Assembly (NCBI GenBank): GCA_964609095.1
Contig: CAZSQN010000001.1
Location: forward strand, 11,901-75,900
DNA from: an uncultured Gammaproteobacteria bacterium
GTDB taxonomy: Bacteria; Patescibacteriota; Patescibacteriia; CAZSQN01
DNA length: 64,000 bases
Direction: 5' to 3'
Part shown: positions 45,435 to 55,146 of the stretch, one piece after another
Layout: every line of letters begins with the position of its first letter
Position numbering within the stretch: position 1 is the stretch's first letter
Program-made: the position numbers and the translations under genes
The notes under the pieces: generated by a model
Databases searched by the model: none
Told to the model about the DNA's origin: nothing
What the model saw: only the letters and a program-made list of their open reading frames with translations

Positions 45435-46870
45435 GGATTTATGGGCTTCTTAGCGCGGAGCTTTAAAAGTTCAGTTAGGGTATTTGGCGTGACGGCTCCG
45501 GTCGCGAGTAACAGAGCGAAATAGATAAGCGCGGATAGCGTCACGGCCGCAATCGCGTGCAGGTCGCGCATAAAATATCCGGCCGCGCCCATAATAATTG
45601 CGGAAAGTGCCGCGCGCCAGGCGGATATGATGCCAAAGCCGACCCCGGTTTCTTTTTTTACCAGTATTCCGGCAGAGACAGCGACAAAGGCCTCGGAAAA
45701 AAGAGTGATGCCGGCGGCGGCGAAAACTCCGTAGCGCGGAATAAGCAGGGCATAGAGGGCAAGGGAAAGCACGGCGCTTGCGGCAAAGGCCCAGAGGATT
45801 CTTTTTTGTTTTTCTATGGCTACCACCGTGTGCAAAGGCAGCGCTCCTATAAATAGGAAGAAGACGGCCAGGATGAGTACGCGCAAGATACTGCCGGAAG
45901 AGGCAAACTCTTCTCCGGCCAGAATGGACATTACTTTGTCGCCAAGGGCGAGCGTTCCGGCAACCAGGGGCAGAGCCAGAATAACCAGGGCGTAAAAGCT
46001 TTTTTGGTACAGCCGGGCGAATTTTTCCTTGTCTCCGGTTGCCCAGGCGCCGGATAAGAGCGGCAGAATCAGGCCCATAAAGAGCACGGGGAAGGCGGTT
46101 AAGACATCAACTACTCTGTAGGCGGCGCCGTAAAGTCCGACTTCTTCAACCGTGCGCGAAAGCGAAAGAACGAGCACGTCCGCGCGCAGGTAAACGAGGT
46201 TTAAGGCAATGGAAACAGCGACCGGCCAGGAACGGCGCAAAAGCTCCATCCACTCGCGCGTGTCAAAAGAAAATCTGACGGGAGTAAAAGAGTTGGCAAA
46301 GAGGAGCGCCAGAAGCGCATTAAGGACATTGGCGGCCACCAGCGCGATAAAAATTCCTAAAAGCCCGCCGTGAAGATAGGCGGAAATAATCACTCCGAGG
46401 AGAAGAGCGGCGCGGCTGGCAATTTCGGCAATGGCGATTTTGTCCATGCGGAGGTTGGCCTGGAAAAGCGCCGAGAGCATCTGCGTAAAAGCAGTGGCCA
46501 AGAAGGCGAGCGCGGCAATGGCAATGCCGATTTTAATTTCTCCTGAATACGGAAAGAAAAGCGCGACTATGGGCGCGGCGCCGAAAAATAAAAGTCCGGA
46601 GACAAGGCGGAAGCCGAGCGCGGTTCCTAAAATCTTTTTTCTGTCAGTGTTTGGATTTCCAAAAAGCGAGGCGAGGGTGATAGTTAAACCCAAATCAACG
46701 GCAATGCCGAAGAACTGCAAAAATGCCGTGACGGTGGTAAAAGCTCCGAAGCCGGCCGTGCCGATACTGCGGGTAATAAAACCGATAGTAATAAGGCCCA
46801 GAACAATGGACCCGGCTTTGCCAATGGCCTGGACCCCGGTGTTATAAGCGATTTTTCTAGCGACAGACAT
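45431..46870 (-). CDS. Wzx/MOP-superfamily polysaccharide flippase
   Basis: 479 aa, 12-14 TM helices, typical polysaccharide biosynthesis protein N-terminus MSVARKIAYNTGVQAIGKAG. Confidence 0.8.
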   Translation of the reverse strand: MSVARKIAYNTGVQAIGKAGSIVLGLITIGFITRSIGTAGFGAFTTVTAFLQFFGIAVDLGLTITLASLFGNPNTDRKKILGTALGFRLVSGLLFFGAAPIVALFFPYSGEIKIGIAIAALAFLATAFTQMLSALFQANLRMDKIAIAEIASRAALLLGVIISAYLHGGLLGIFIALVAANVLNALLALLFANSFTPVRFSFDTREWMELLRRSWPVAVSIALNLVYLRADVLVLSLSRTVEEVGLYGAAYRVVDVLTAFPVLFMGLILPLLSGAWATGDKEKFARLYQKSFYALVILALPLVAGTLALGDKVMSILAGEEFASSGSILRVLILAVFFLFIGALPLHTVVAIEKQKRILWAFAASAVLSLALYALLIPRYGVFAAAGITLFSEAFVAVSAGILVKKETGVGFGIISAWRAALSAIIMGAAGYFMRDLHAIAAVTLSALIYFALLLATGAVTPNTLTELLKLRAKKPINP

Positions 46871-46876
46871 AAAATT

Positions 46877-46907
46877 AGCTTATAGCTTATAGCTTATAGC
46901 TTATAGC
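46877..46907. repeat. heptanucleotide tandem repeat (TAGCTTA / GCTTATA)x4 starting 7 nt upstream of the flippase start codon
   Basis: tagcttatagcttatagcttatagcttatagc read directly; degenerate copy agcttatggcttatagcttgcagcttatagctcat forms the first codons of the Cys-rich pilin gene (40203-40241). Confidence 0.8.
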
Positions 46908-46992
46908 CCGATTATTCCAGTTAAACTATTGCTTTTATTTAGTTTTAGGTTAATATCCCTAAAGGTCTTTCCCAATACAACGGAGGTGATGA

Positions 46993-48006
46993 ATGGGCCT
47001 TAATCTGCGTCCCCGAAGGTGGTTTGGCAACAAAAAGAAGGTCGCGCTTATTTCCAATAAGAATTCCGGGCTGGGCACGCCCCGGGCCGGACTGGGTAAG
47101 GTCATCGGCTCCATTTTGACCACGCCCTACTGGCACTATGACACGGCCACGCTCTCCGAGCTGGACGAATCGGTAAAGCGCATTGCTTCGGAACAGCCGG
47201 ATATTTTTGCCTTTACCGGCGGAGACGGCTCGGTCCACCAGATTATTTCCAGGATTCTCCGGGAGTATTCCGAACGCGGAATTCCTTTGCCAAAGTTCCT
47301 TTACATCGGCACGGGCACGATGATGGTCATCGCGCGCTCCCTTAAATTGGACAAAATGTCCGCGGTTGATTTTACCAAAAAGATCACCGCCAAAATTGAG
47401 GCCCAGCAAAAAGGCTTGATCGCGCCCTTTGACACCACGCACGTGAACCCCTTGATGATTAACGGCGAAGGCGGGTTTCTCTACGGCGCCGGACTGCCCG
47501 TAAACCTCCTTCACGAATATTACAAAGGCGGAGACAAGCTTGGCCCCAGCCGCGCCATGAGGGTGGGGCTCGCAACTTTCTGGGATGAGCTCAAAGCTCT
47601 GCTCACATTTAGGAAATCAAAAAAGATGCTGACCAAGCCGGTGCACGCTAGGGTAATCTTGCCCGGGCTTGATCCGCCGGTGGCTCCCTACATGACCCAC
47701 ACCGTGCTCCTGGTCTCGTCGGTTGATCAGCTGGGTATGGGCTGCCGGGGCATGCCGCTCGCGATGAGCAAGCCTAATCACTTTATGCTGCGCTCCAGCC
47801 GGCTGGAGTTCTGGGGACTCGCAGCCAATCTACCGGCCATTTGGGCCGGGTGGTCGCCTCTGCCTTCAACTTTTGATGTTGTTCTTTCCGAATTAGTGAT
47901 TGAGTATGAGAGTCCAACCGAAACAATGGTTGACGGAGAAATGAAGCCGCCGACCTTCCGCGACGTCATCATCTCGGGCCCCCCGCTCGAGTTCATTACG
48001 GGATAA
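46993..48006 (+). CDS. diacylglycerol-kinase catalytic-domain family lipid kinase
   Basis: FTGGDGSVHQII (GGDG motif) and NAD-kinase-like fold; RBS ggaggtga. Confidence 0.7.
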   Translation: MGLNLRPRRWFGNKKKVALISNKNSGLGTPRAGLGKVIGSILTTPYWHYDTATLSELDESVKRIASEQPDIFAFTGGDGSVHQIISRILREYSERGIPLPKFLYIGTGTMMVIARSLKLDKMSAVDFTKKITAKIEAQQKGLIAPFDTTHVNPLMINGEGGFLYGAGLPVNLLHEYYKGGDKLGPSRAMRVGLATFWDELKALLTFRKSKKMLTKPVHARVILPGLDPPVAPYMTHTVLLVSSVDQLGMGCRGMPLAMSKPNHFMLRSSRLEFWGLAANLPAIWAGWSPLPSTFDVVLSELVIEYESPTETMVDGEMKPPTFRDVIISGPPLEFITG

Positions 48007-48019
48007 GTTTCGATTTTTA

Positions 48020-48073
48020 AGCACTCCGTCTGGAGTGCTTTTTAAAAAAACTCCGCGATGGCGGAGTTTTGAG
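48020..48073. terminator. two tandem terminator hairpins (gcactccgtctggagtgc + T-run; aactccgcgatggcggagtt + ttgag)
   Basis: read directly between convergent genes. Confidence 0.6.
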
Positions 48074-48081
48074 ATTTGTAA

Positions 48082-48696
48082 TTAACGAGCAGAAGAACGC
48101 AATTCGTAGAATTCTACATACCTGAATATGTCTCTTTGTAGGCGTAAGGCAGAATCTTGTTTATCCTCGGGCGTGATGGCAAGAAGACGTTCTAGAATGG
48201 GGAAATATTTTTCACGCGTTTCCTCAACCTGCTTGCGCTGGAAATCTCGTTTGCAGCCGTCCAGATGTCGCAGATTGTCCAGACGGTCAGCCACCTTGAC
48301 CATAAGCGCGCGCCAATCGTCGCAGTTTAGAAGCCGTTCAATGTATCCTTCTTTTGGAACTTTGGAGAGCAGCATTACAAGATGCGCCACATTCTGACCG
48401 AAGAGTTCATTAAGAAACTCATAGTCAATATCATGCGTGTCCTCAATACAATCATGCAGGAGCGCGGTGATAATCATAATCGGATTAAAGCATTGAAGTT
48501 CGTCTATCAGGATGAGAGCTACGCGCCGCGGATGCTCAAAATAACGCATTGATTGGCCGGCCGCATCTAATTCCATGCGGATTTGCCAGCGATGGCCGTA
48601 TTTTGCGAGGATATAGGCAAGTTTTACTTTCAAAAAAATTTTACGGTCTAAAACTGGCGCAAGCCGATCAAAGAAGGTGTCGCGATTTTCTTTCAC
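48082..48696 (-). CDS. RelA/SpoT-type HD-domain (p)ppGpp hydrolase paralog
   Basis: HPRRVALIL ... ALLHDCIEDT ... KVADRLDNLRHL. Confidence 0.7.
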   Translation of the reverse strand: MKENRDTFFDRLAPVLDRKIFLKVKLAYILAKYGHRWQIRMELDAAGQSMRYFEHPRRVALILIDELQCFNPIMIITALLHDCIEDTHDIDYEFLNELFGQNVAHLVMLLSKVPKEGYIERLLNCDDWRALMVKVADRLDNLRHLDGCKRDFQRKQVEETREKYFPILERLLAITPEDKQDSALRLQRDIFRYVEFYELRSSAR

Positions 48697-49042
48697 GCCT
48701 ATCTCCTTTTGTGAGGAACCGATTATTCTTTAGCATTATATTGGGTATAAGTCAACTTGATTTTTTCTCAAAAATATGCTATTATATATGTAGTAAAAAA
48801 TAGAAATTGGTGAGAGTAGAAGTAATCCGCCTCTCGATCCGCCGCCAAAACCTCCGTCCCGCTACGCGGGACTGCGGCAATGCGGCACCGGAAAGCTCGG
48901 CGGATTGTAACTGCTTGCGAAAATTTGTTCGTCTCACGACTACAAATTTTCGAGCCAGTTACAAAAACAAAAATAAAAAGCAAAAATGCCTTTTTTAGAA
49001 TTACAAACACAGACGCCGGTTCGCGAGAACCAGGTGTTTGTC

Positions 49043-51085
49043 ATGGCACTCCCGCTAAAATCAGAGCAAACTCGGGCCGCAGCCGCCGCGACGCTTGTCG
49101 CGAGCGTGGCTGTGGCTTTTTTGATTGTCATTTCCGCCGCCTTCGCTTTGCGCGTATTAGAGGCGCGCATCAATGCCGGACGGAGCATTTTTTTACAAAA
49201 ACAATTGCTTAAATCAAAATCAGACGCGACTTCTTTTTGGGAGGCGGGTACGGCAAGACAAAGGCCGCGGCTGGGAAACGGTTATCGCCGTTTGGCTCAA
49301 GCCGTCCGCGCTTATATTCTTATTCCCACGGCCTCGGCGCGCGAGGCCGCGCCTGTTTCCAAGAAAAGATACGAGGCGAAATTTTTTATAGAATCGGATA
49401 AGGAAATCACGATGCGTTCGGGCGAAGTCGCCACCTACACGGTCGGTTTTAAAAATATCGGTTCCAAAGAGTGGAGAAATGACGGAAAAAATTATATTTC
49501 CGTTTACGCGGCCAAGCCATACTATCGCAAAAGCCGGTTTTTCTCTGAACATTGGGAAAAAGACATAAAGCCGGCGCGTTTGCGCGACGCGGTTGTTGCT
49601 CCCGGCGCGGTGGGTTATTTTGAAATAACTCTTAAGGCCCCGGAGAAGCCGGGAAATTATATTGAGAGATTTAATTTAGCCGTTGAGAATTCGGCTTGGA
49701 TGCCGGGCGGATATTTTTATGTGCCGGTAAAAGTTGAAGAAAAACCGGCGTATTCGGCCGCGCTTTTGCTAAAGAGTTCTAATGGGCTTGCCCTGCGCCA
49801 GGGCGAGGAGAAGAAAGTGACTGTCGGCTGGAAGAATAACGGCCGGGCCGCCTGGAAGGAGCGGGCGGTAGTGGTAAAAAGTTTGGAAATCGGGAATGAT
49901 GACGCCGCTTCGCCGGTAATTTTTGCCGCCTCCGGCTGGGGTCCGGAAGGACAGGCCGTGAAAGTCGGCGGAGAGCCGGTGGCGCCGGGCAGAGTTGATT
50001 TTATTGATTTTAATCTGCGCGCGCCGTCGCGTACGGGAGAATTTTCCATCAAATTCGCGCTTGTGGTTGACGGCGAGGAAATAGAAGGCGGCGATGTTGA
50101 TTTTACGGGCAATGTCACAGACGAATCGCGTTCTCTGGGGCTGCCGGCCATTGAACCGCTGGGATTTACAACCGAACCGAACATAAGAATAGGATTATGT
50201 TTTATTCCTTATGATGTTTCTGACAAAGGACAGACAGGCATTGACCCTTGCGTTGCGGACAAAAATCAAATTCTGCGCGTTTCTTCCAGCGCGTTGCTTT
50301 CGCTCCAAAATGAAGCGGGAACGGTTGTGGCGCAAAATATCGGCGCGAATGTTTCCATAAACTTTGATCCGGTAAGCAGATTTACGGTCGCTGCCAATGG
50401 AGTAAGCTATTCATTTATGAATGCCGTCAAAGTCGTGCCGAACGACCTTAATGCGGTTCTTGTTTTTGAAAATTGGAAAAATATAATCAGGAGCGGAGAA
50501 AACGATAACAGACAGCGCGGCATTCTTGAATTCCGGTATTTAGACGACAGAAAGCGGCTTTGGGCGATTAACGAGCTTCCTCTGGAGCGCTATGTTAAGG
50601 GCATTGCGGAGATACCGGCAGGTTGGCCGTTAGAAGTACAAAAAGCCCAGGCCATTGCCGCCCGCACTTACGCGGCTTATTACCTTCTGGCCGGAGGCAA
50701 GCACGCGAGTCAGCAGCATATTTTAAACGCCGGAGAAGGCGACCAAGTGTACCACGGAGTTGGCGCCGAGTTGCGCCGTCCTCTGCTTTCCGCAGCTGTT
50801 GATGAAACGGCCGGCATACTGGTTACCTATGGCGGCGGAGTTGTTTCCACTCCTTATTTCGGACAAAGCGACGGACGCACTAAGAGCTGGGCTGAGGTTT
50901 ACGGTTCAACTAACAGGCCGTGGCTGCAGTCGGTGGAAGCGCCGTATGATTTGGGAAAGACATTGCGCGGACACGGCATTGGCATGAGCCAGATGGACGC
51001 ATATGGGATGGCCAAATCCGGAGCGACTTATGAGCAGATTTTGAAGCATTATTATACGGGCATTGAGCTTAAACGAGCGTATTAA
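49043..51085 (+). CDS. SpoIID/LytB-domain protein with N-terminal TM anchor and repeated beta-rich domains
   Basis: C-terminal SpoIID signature (AQAIAARTYAAYYL ... GEGDQVYHGVGAE ... VSTPYFGQSDGRTKSW); start at MALPLKSEQ. Confidence 0.8.
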   Translation: MALPLKSEQTRAAAAATLVASVAVAFLIVISAAFALRVLEARINAGRSIFLQKQLLKSKSDATSFWEAGTARQRPRLGNGYRRLAQAVRAYILIPTASAREAAPVSKKRYEAKFFIESDKEITMRSGEVATYTVGFKNIGSKEWRNDGKNYISVYAAKPYYRKSRFFSEHWEKDIKPARLRDAVVAPGAVGYFEITLKAPEKPGNYIERFNLAVENSAWMPGGYFYVPVKVEEKPAYSAALLLKSSNGLALRQGEEKKVTVGWKNNGRAAWKERAVVVKSLEIGNDDAASPVIFAASGWGPEGQAVKVGGEPVAPGRVDFIDFNLRAPSRTGEFSIKFALVVDGEEIEGGDVDFTGNVTDESRSLGLPAIEPLGFTTEPNIRIGLCFIPYDVSDKGQTGIDPCVADKNQILRVSSSALLSLQNEAGTVVAQNIGANVSINFDPVSRFTVAANGVSYSFMNAVKVVPNDLNAVLVFENWKNIIRSGENDNRQRGILEFRYLDDRKRLWAINELPLERYVKGIAEIPAGWPLEVQKAQAIAARTYAAYYLLAGGKHASQQHILNAGEGDQVYHGVGAELRRPLLSAAVDETAGILVTYGGGVVSTPYFGQSDGRTKSWAEVYGSTNRPWLQSVEAPYDLGKTLRGHGIGMSQMDAYGMAKSGATYEQILKHYYTGIELKRAY

Positions 51086-51200
51086 ATGTCTAATATCTAA
51101 TTCCTAATTTCTAATCAATGACTAATGATTTAATGTCTAAAAAGATTTAGTTATTAGACATTAAAATATTGATTTGACATTAGAAATTAGTCATTGGTTA
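51086..51200. repeat. ~115-bp AT-rich palindromic element (atgtctaat ... taatttctaatcaatgactaatga ... ttagaaattagtcattgg), copy 1
   Basis: direct-orientation partner at 53950-54060 sharing both ends. Confidence 0.5.
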
Positions 51201-51689
51201 TTTCGTGTTTATTCCTCTTGTCTTATGAGATGGTCGGATTCATGAGACAGGACTGTGAACATTAAAGGCGGCGCCATTTGGAAAGCCGGACAGGTTTTTC
51301 TTCGGAGTTTCTAGATGGCGCTACCAGTATGTCCTTTGAAGAAATTAGAGATGAGAGAGGCAGTGCGGCCGTGGCAGAAAAGAATTCTTTTTTCGTAGCG
51401 CCGCCCATGCAAGCCGGAGCCGAAGGGGAAGTAACACATGTGTTCCTCTTCCCATGCTCGGACTATTCTCTTATCCGCTCAAATGTCTCCAGATTCGTGG
51501 AGAATACTTTTGGTCTTCCGGCGCCGGCGCAGGAATTTGAAACTTTTCCTGACGCGCTTGAAATCAAACAACTGGAGCCCGCATAATGCTCCGCTCAAAT
51601 ACCCCTCGTTCTGCGGACCGAGGGGTTTTATTTTTTATCTGTTTCTGTTAAGCTAATCCCGGTCCTTTTCACAATCAAGGAGGCGCGTC

Positions 51690-52985
51690 ATGCCCATTAC
51701 GGTAGTTGTCGGTGCGCAGAATGGCGATGAAGGCAAAGGCAAAGTAGTTGATATCTATTCGCCTAGTGCCGATTACGTTTCTCGCTATTACGGCGGAGCA
51801 AACGCCGGCCACACCATCATTAATCATTCGGGCGAGTATAAACTTCATCTCATCCCCGGCGGTATTTTGCGCGGCAAGCCGTCCGTTTTAGCAAACGGCA
51901 TGGTAATTGAACCGAATACGTTTGTTGAGGAAGTCAGATATCTGCTGAACAAAGGAATCGCTGTTAGGCCGGGGCTCTTGATGGTTTCCGATCGCGCGCA
52001 CTTTGTCATGCCTTGGCACCTGTTGGAAGACGAAGCAGTTGAGAATTCTTCCGGCAGAGGCGGAGTTGGCTCCACCAAGCGCGGTATTGCTTATGCTTAT
52101 GCCGATAAGATGCGCAGGCGCGGGTTCAGGCCGGCAGATTTTTTGGCACGGCGTGAGCAGATGACCGCAAGAGTTTGCGATCGTATGGTCCAGGAACGCG
52201 AAAGAATTCGCTTTATGTACGGCGCAAATCTTGACTACGCTGGCGGGTTGAATAAGACGCTGGTTCAGTGCGTAGATGCCATCTGCCAGCTTCTTCCTTA
52301 TGTGACCCGTACGGAAGAAGTTTTGCGCCATGCCCTTAAGGACGGCGCTCACCTTCTTTTTGAGGGAGCGCAGGGTTATTACCTGGACATTGATTTTGGT
52401 CGCTATCCTTATGTGACTTCTTCTTCTCCATGCGCCGGAGGTATTTATCAGGGAGCGGGCATTCCTCCAACCGAGGTTCCCAGAGTCATTGGCGTGGCCA
52501 AGGTCTATGAAACCTATGTCGGCAGCGGGCCGTTCCCAACCGAGTTTGATGAAGATTTGGGCGGCTTTGTTCGCTCACGAGGCAAGGAATTCGGCACGAC
52601 CACGGGGAGGCCGCGGCGAGTCGGCTGGCTTGATATCCCTATGTTGCGGACGTCGGTAGAGGCCAACGGCTGCGAAGAAATCATTTTGGTCAAGACCGAT
52701 ATTTTGAGCGGGCTATCATCGCTTAAGATTGCGGTCGGATATAATCTTAACGGCGAGCGCTGCGATTACGTGCCTTCTACGGCAGAAGAACACGCCTTGT
52801 GCGCCCCTGTTTACAGGGAGGTTCCGGGCTGGGACTATCCGCTGGAACAGGCAAAATCGCTTGGCGAAATCGAACAGAATGCTCCGCAGCTGCTTGAGTA
52901 CGCCAGAATGATTGAGTCGCGGGTTGGCGCCAGAGTGATTGCGCTTTCCACCGGACCGCATCACGACCAGACGTTCTTTTTTTAG
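51690..52985 (+). CDS. purA: adenylosuccinate synthetase
   Basis: MPITVVVGAQNGDEGKGKVVD P-loop and conserved GTTxRGIGPAY-like region. Confidence 0.95.
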   Translation: MPITVVVGAQNGDEGKGKVVDIYSPSADYVSRYYGGANAGHTIINHSGEYKLHLIPGGILRGKPSVLANGMVIEPNTFVEEVRYLLNKGIAVRPGLLMVSDRAHFVMPWHLLEDEAVENSSGRGGVGSTKRGIAYAYADKMRRRGFRPADFLARREQMTARVCDRMVQERERIRFMYGANLDYAGGLNKTLVQCVDAICQLLPYVTRTEEVLRHALKDGAHLLFEGAQGYYLDIDFGRYPYVTSSSPCAGGIYQGAGIPPTEVPRVIGVAKVYETYVGSGPFPTEFDEDLGGFVRSRGKEFGTTTGRPRRVGWLDIPMLRTSVEANGCEEIILVKTDILSGLSSLKIAVGYNLNGERCDYVPSTAEEHALCAPVYREVPGWDYPLEQAKSLGEIEQNAPQLLEYARMIESRVGARVIALSTGPHHDQTFFF

Positions 52986-52996
52986 AAAACAAAATA

Positions 52997-53024
52997 CCCC
53001 GCACATAAATGCTTATGCGCGGGG
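52997..53024. terminator. minimal copy of the CCCCGCACATAA...TTATGCGCGGGG palindrome acting as bidirectional terminator (followed by T8)
   Basis: ccccgcacataaatgcttatgcgcgggg then tttttttat. Confidence 0.6.
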
Positions 53025-53029
53025 TTTTT

Positions 53030-53593
53030 TTATGAAGGCCTTATTTCTTCAATTATTTCCGCCGCTTGCCGTTTTCTGTCTTCCTCCATTAAATCCAAAA
53101 TACCCTTTCTTATTTCATGCGGATTGGGCACTTGCTCAAAAACAAATCTTTTTTCTTCTCCGGCTGTTTGGATGTGCACTTCGCCGTAATTGAAGAGGGT
53201 GGCGACAATGCCTTTTATCTCCGAAGTGACATCCTGGATTTTGGTTAAATCAAGTTCGGATATTGTCCGGCCGAAAAGCCCGTGCTGTTCTATGTTCATA
53301 ATGCGGTCGTTGGTGACAATCCAAAGGTCAAGATAATAATCCAAAAACGCGGAAAAAATAAACAGCCAGACGGAGAGTAGGTAAATGCTGGTTCCCAATA
53401 TTATAATCACGCGCAAAACCGGCTGGGAAAGATACAAAGGAAGAGACGAGCTGAAAAAGAAAAATGCCAAAATGGGCACGGCGGCTAAGACGATAAACAC
53501 AAACACGCTCCGCAAAAGAATCAGCGGATGGCGGCGCAAAAGATAAACAATTCGTTCGTATCCTTTTTGCTGGATGAGGTGGCCAAGATGCAT
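53030..53593 (-). CDS. bacterial PH-domain (YdbT/DUF304-like) membrane protein
   Basis: two N-terminal TM helices then beta-rich domain; start at MHLGHL; ORF-track start lies inside MITE copy G. Confidence 0.55.
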   Translation of the reverse strand: MHLGHLIQQKGYERIVYLLRRHPLILLRSVFVFIVLAAVPILAFFFFSSSLPLYLSQPVLRVIIILGTSIYLLSVWLFIFSAFLDYYLDLWIVTNDRIMNIEQHGLFGRTISELDLTKIQDVTSEIKGIVATLFNYGEVHIQTAGEEKRFVFEQVPNPHEIRKGILDLMEEDRKRQAAEIIEEIRPS

Positions 53594-53594
53594 A

Positions 53595-53692
53595 CCCCGC
53601 ACATAACTTATTTAATAAATTAACAACTTATATTTAAATCTTTTTAATTTTATCGCACACATAAGCATTATGAACAAATTTATGTGCGGGGT
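53595..53692. mobile_element. MITE/REP-like element copy G (98 bp)
   Basis: termini CCCCGCACATAACTT / AAATTTATGTGCGGGG. Confidence 0.55.
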
Positions 53693-53949
53693 TAAAATCC
53701 CAATCCCGGCTGCGCGGCCAAAGGGTTGAAAAGCATAAACGGCTCATTCCAATTTATGCCCGCGAGAAAATACCAAGTGGCGTAAAGCAGCAAAACGGAG
53801 CCGGCAAGGTAGCCGAAAGTAACGGCAAAAGAGGTAAAATCGGATGAACGGTATTTAACCAGGTGGGCTATGTCCACAAGCGAAAAGACGCCGAATATAA
53901 GAAGATAGATGCCGTAAGGAATGAGGAAAATTGAAAGAGGAAGCTGCAT
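53692..53949 (-). CDS. small hypothetical membrane protein (85 aa)
   Basis: three hydrophobic helices; no motif. Confidence 0.4.
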   Translation of the reverse strand: MQLPLSIFLIPYGIYLLIFGVFSLVDIAHLVKYRSSDFTSFAVTFGYLAGSVLLLYATWYFLAGINWNEPFMLFNPLAAQPGLGF

Positions 53950-54060
53950 AATAAATGTCTAATGTCTAATCACTCTAATTTCTAATCAACGACCAATGAC
54001 AAAATATCTAAAAATTTTAATTATTAGATATTAGAAATTAGTCATTAGAAATTAATTCGT
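53950..54060. repeat. ~110-bp AT-rich palindromic element, copy 2 (direct partner of 51086-51200)
   Basis: taaatgtctaatgtctaat ... taatttctaatcaacgaccaatga ... ttagaaattagtcattag. Confidence 0.5.
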
Positions 54061-54073
54061 GATTTTGGACTGT

Positions 54074-55087
54074 TTACACTAATGGTGTCTGTTTTGTTGC
54101 CGGCGGATTTAGACCCAAGTGCTTATACGCCAGCTCTGTAGCCATTCTACCGCGCGGCGTTCTGGAGAGAAAGCCCATCTGGATAAGAAACGGCTCATAG
54201 ATTTCTTCAATGGTGGAGACCTCCTCCGAAGTGGCCGCGGCAAGAGTTCCTAATCCCACCGGTCCGCCGGAAAATTTATTGACAATCACATTTAGGATTT
54301 GCCTGTCGGTGGCATCCAATCCATATTCATCTACATCTAAAAGCGCGAGGGCTTCTTTGGCCACCTGTCCATCCGGTTCCATTCCTTTTACCTGGCTGTA
54401 ATCGCGCACCCGTTTTAAGAGGCGATTGGCTACGCGCGGGGTGCGGCGGGCGCGGGAAGCGATTTCCGCAATGCCGTCGGGGCTGATGTTAACGGCTAAA
54501 ATCCTGGCGCTGCGGCTGACAATGGCCTCAATTTCCTTTGGCTCATAAAAGGAAAAATTGTAAGTCGCGCCGAAGCGGTCGCGCAAAGGCGAGGAAAGCA
54601 GGGAGAGCTTGGTAGTAGCGCCGATAAGCGTGAATCTGTTTAATGCGAGGCGCACGGTTCGCGCTGACGGGCCTTTGCCCAAAATTATGTCCAAAGAAAA
54701 GTCCTCAAGCGCCGGATAAAGCACTTCTTCAATGGTGCGATTCATGCGGTGAATTTCGTCCACAAAAAGGATGTCGCCTGTTTCCAGGGAGGAAAGAATG
54801 GCGGCAATATCCCCGACTTTTTCCATAGCCGGGCCGGAAGTGACTTTGATGTTGGCGCCAGTTTCAGCGGCAATTAAATGGGCCAGGGTTGTTTTGCCCA
54901 GCCCGGGATTGCCGTAGAGGAGCACGTGCTCTATTGGTTCTTTTCTTTTTTTTGCCGCGTCAATCAGGATGCTCAAATTTGCCTTGATTTTTTCCTGGCC
55001 CACAAACTCCGAAAGAGACCTCGGCCGGAGCGAGGTATCTAATACTTCTTCCTCCTGATTTATTTTCGGGTCGGTCAGCCGTTCCAT
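54074..55087 (-). CDS. ruvB: Holliday junction branch-migration helicase RuvB
   Basis: [14 protein letters not shown] ... [14 protein letters not shown] ... RuvB C-terminal winged helix. Confidence 0.95.
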   Translation of the reverse strand: MERLTDPKINQEEEVLDTSLRPRSLSEFVGQEKIKANLSILIDAAKKRKEPIEHVLLYGNPGLGKTTLAHLIAAETGANIKVTSGPAMEKVGDIAAILSSLETGDILFVDEIHRMNRTIEEVLYPALEDFSLDIILGKGPSARTVRLALNRFTLIGATTKLSLLSSPLRDRFGATYNFSFYEPKEIEAIVSRSARILAVNISPDGIAEIASRARRTPRVANRLLKRVRDYSQVKGMEPDGQVAKEALALLDVDEYGLDATDRQILNVIVNKFSGGPVGLGTLAAATSEEVSTIEEIYEPFLIQMGFLSRTPRGRMATELAYKHLGLNPPATKQTPLV

Positions 55088-55146
55088 GCGAAAAGTGTAC
55101 CGCCATTAATACATAAAGTAAATCCCGCCATTTAGCGGGAGTTTGT

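Noticed and set aside
45205-46910. Short tandem repeats considered as a CRISPR array
   Set aside because: Units are 7 bp with no spacers. A CRISPR array needs ~25-40-bp repeats separated by unique spacers. No cas genes are present.
51278-51586. 102-aa ORF upstream of purA
   Set aside because: No RBS, unusual composition, and it lies in the purA leader region. It could be a leader or regulatory RNA region, but I could not support either a peptide or a riboswitch call.
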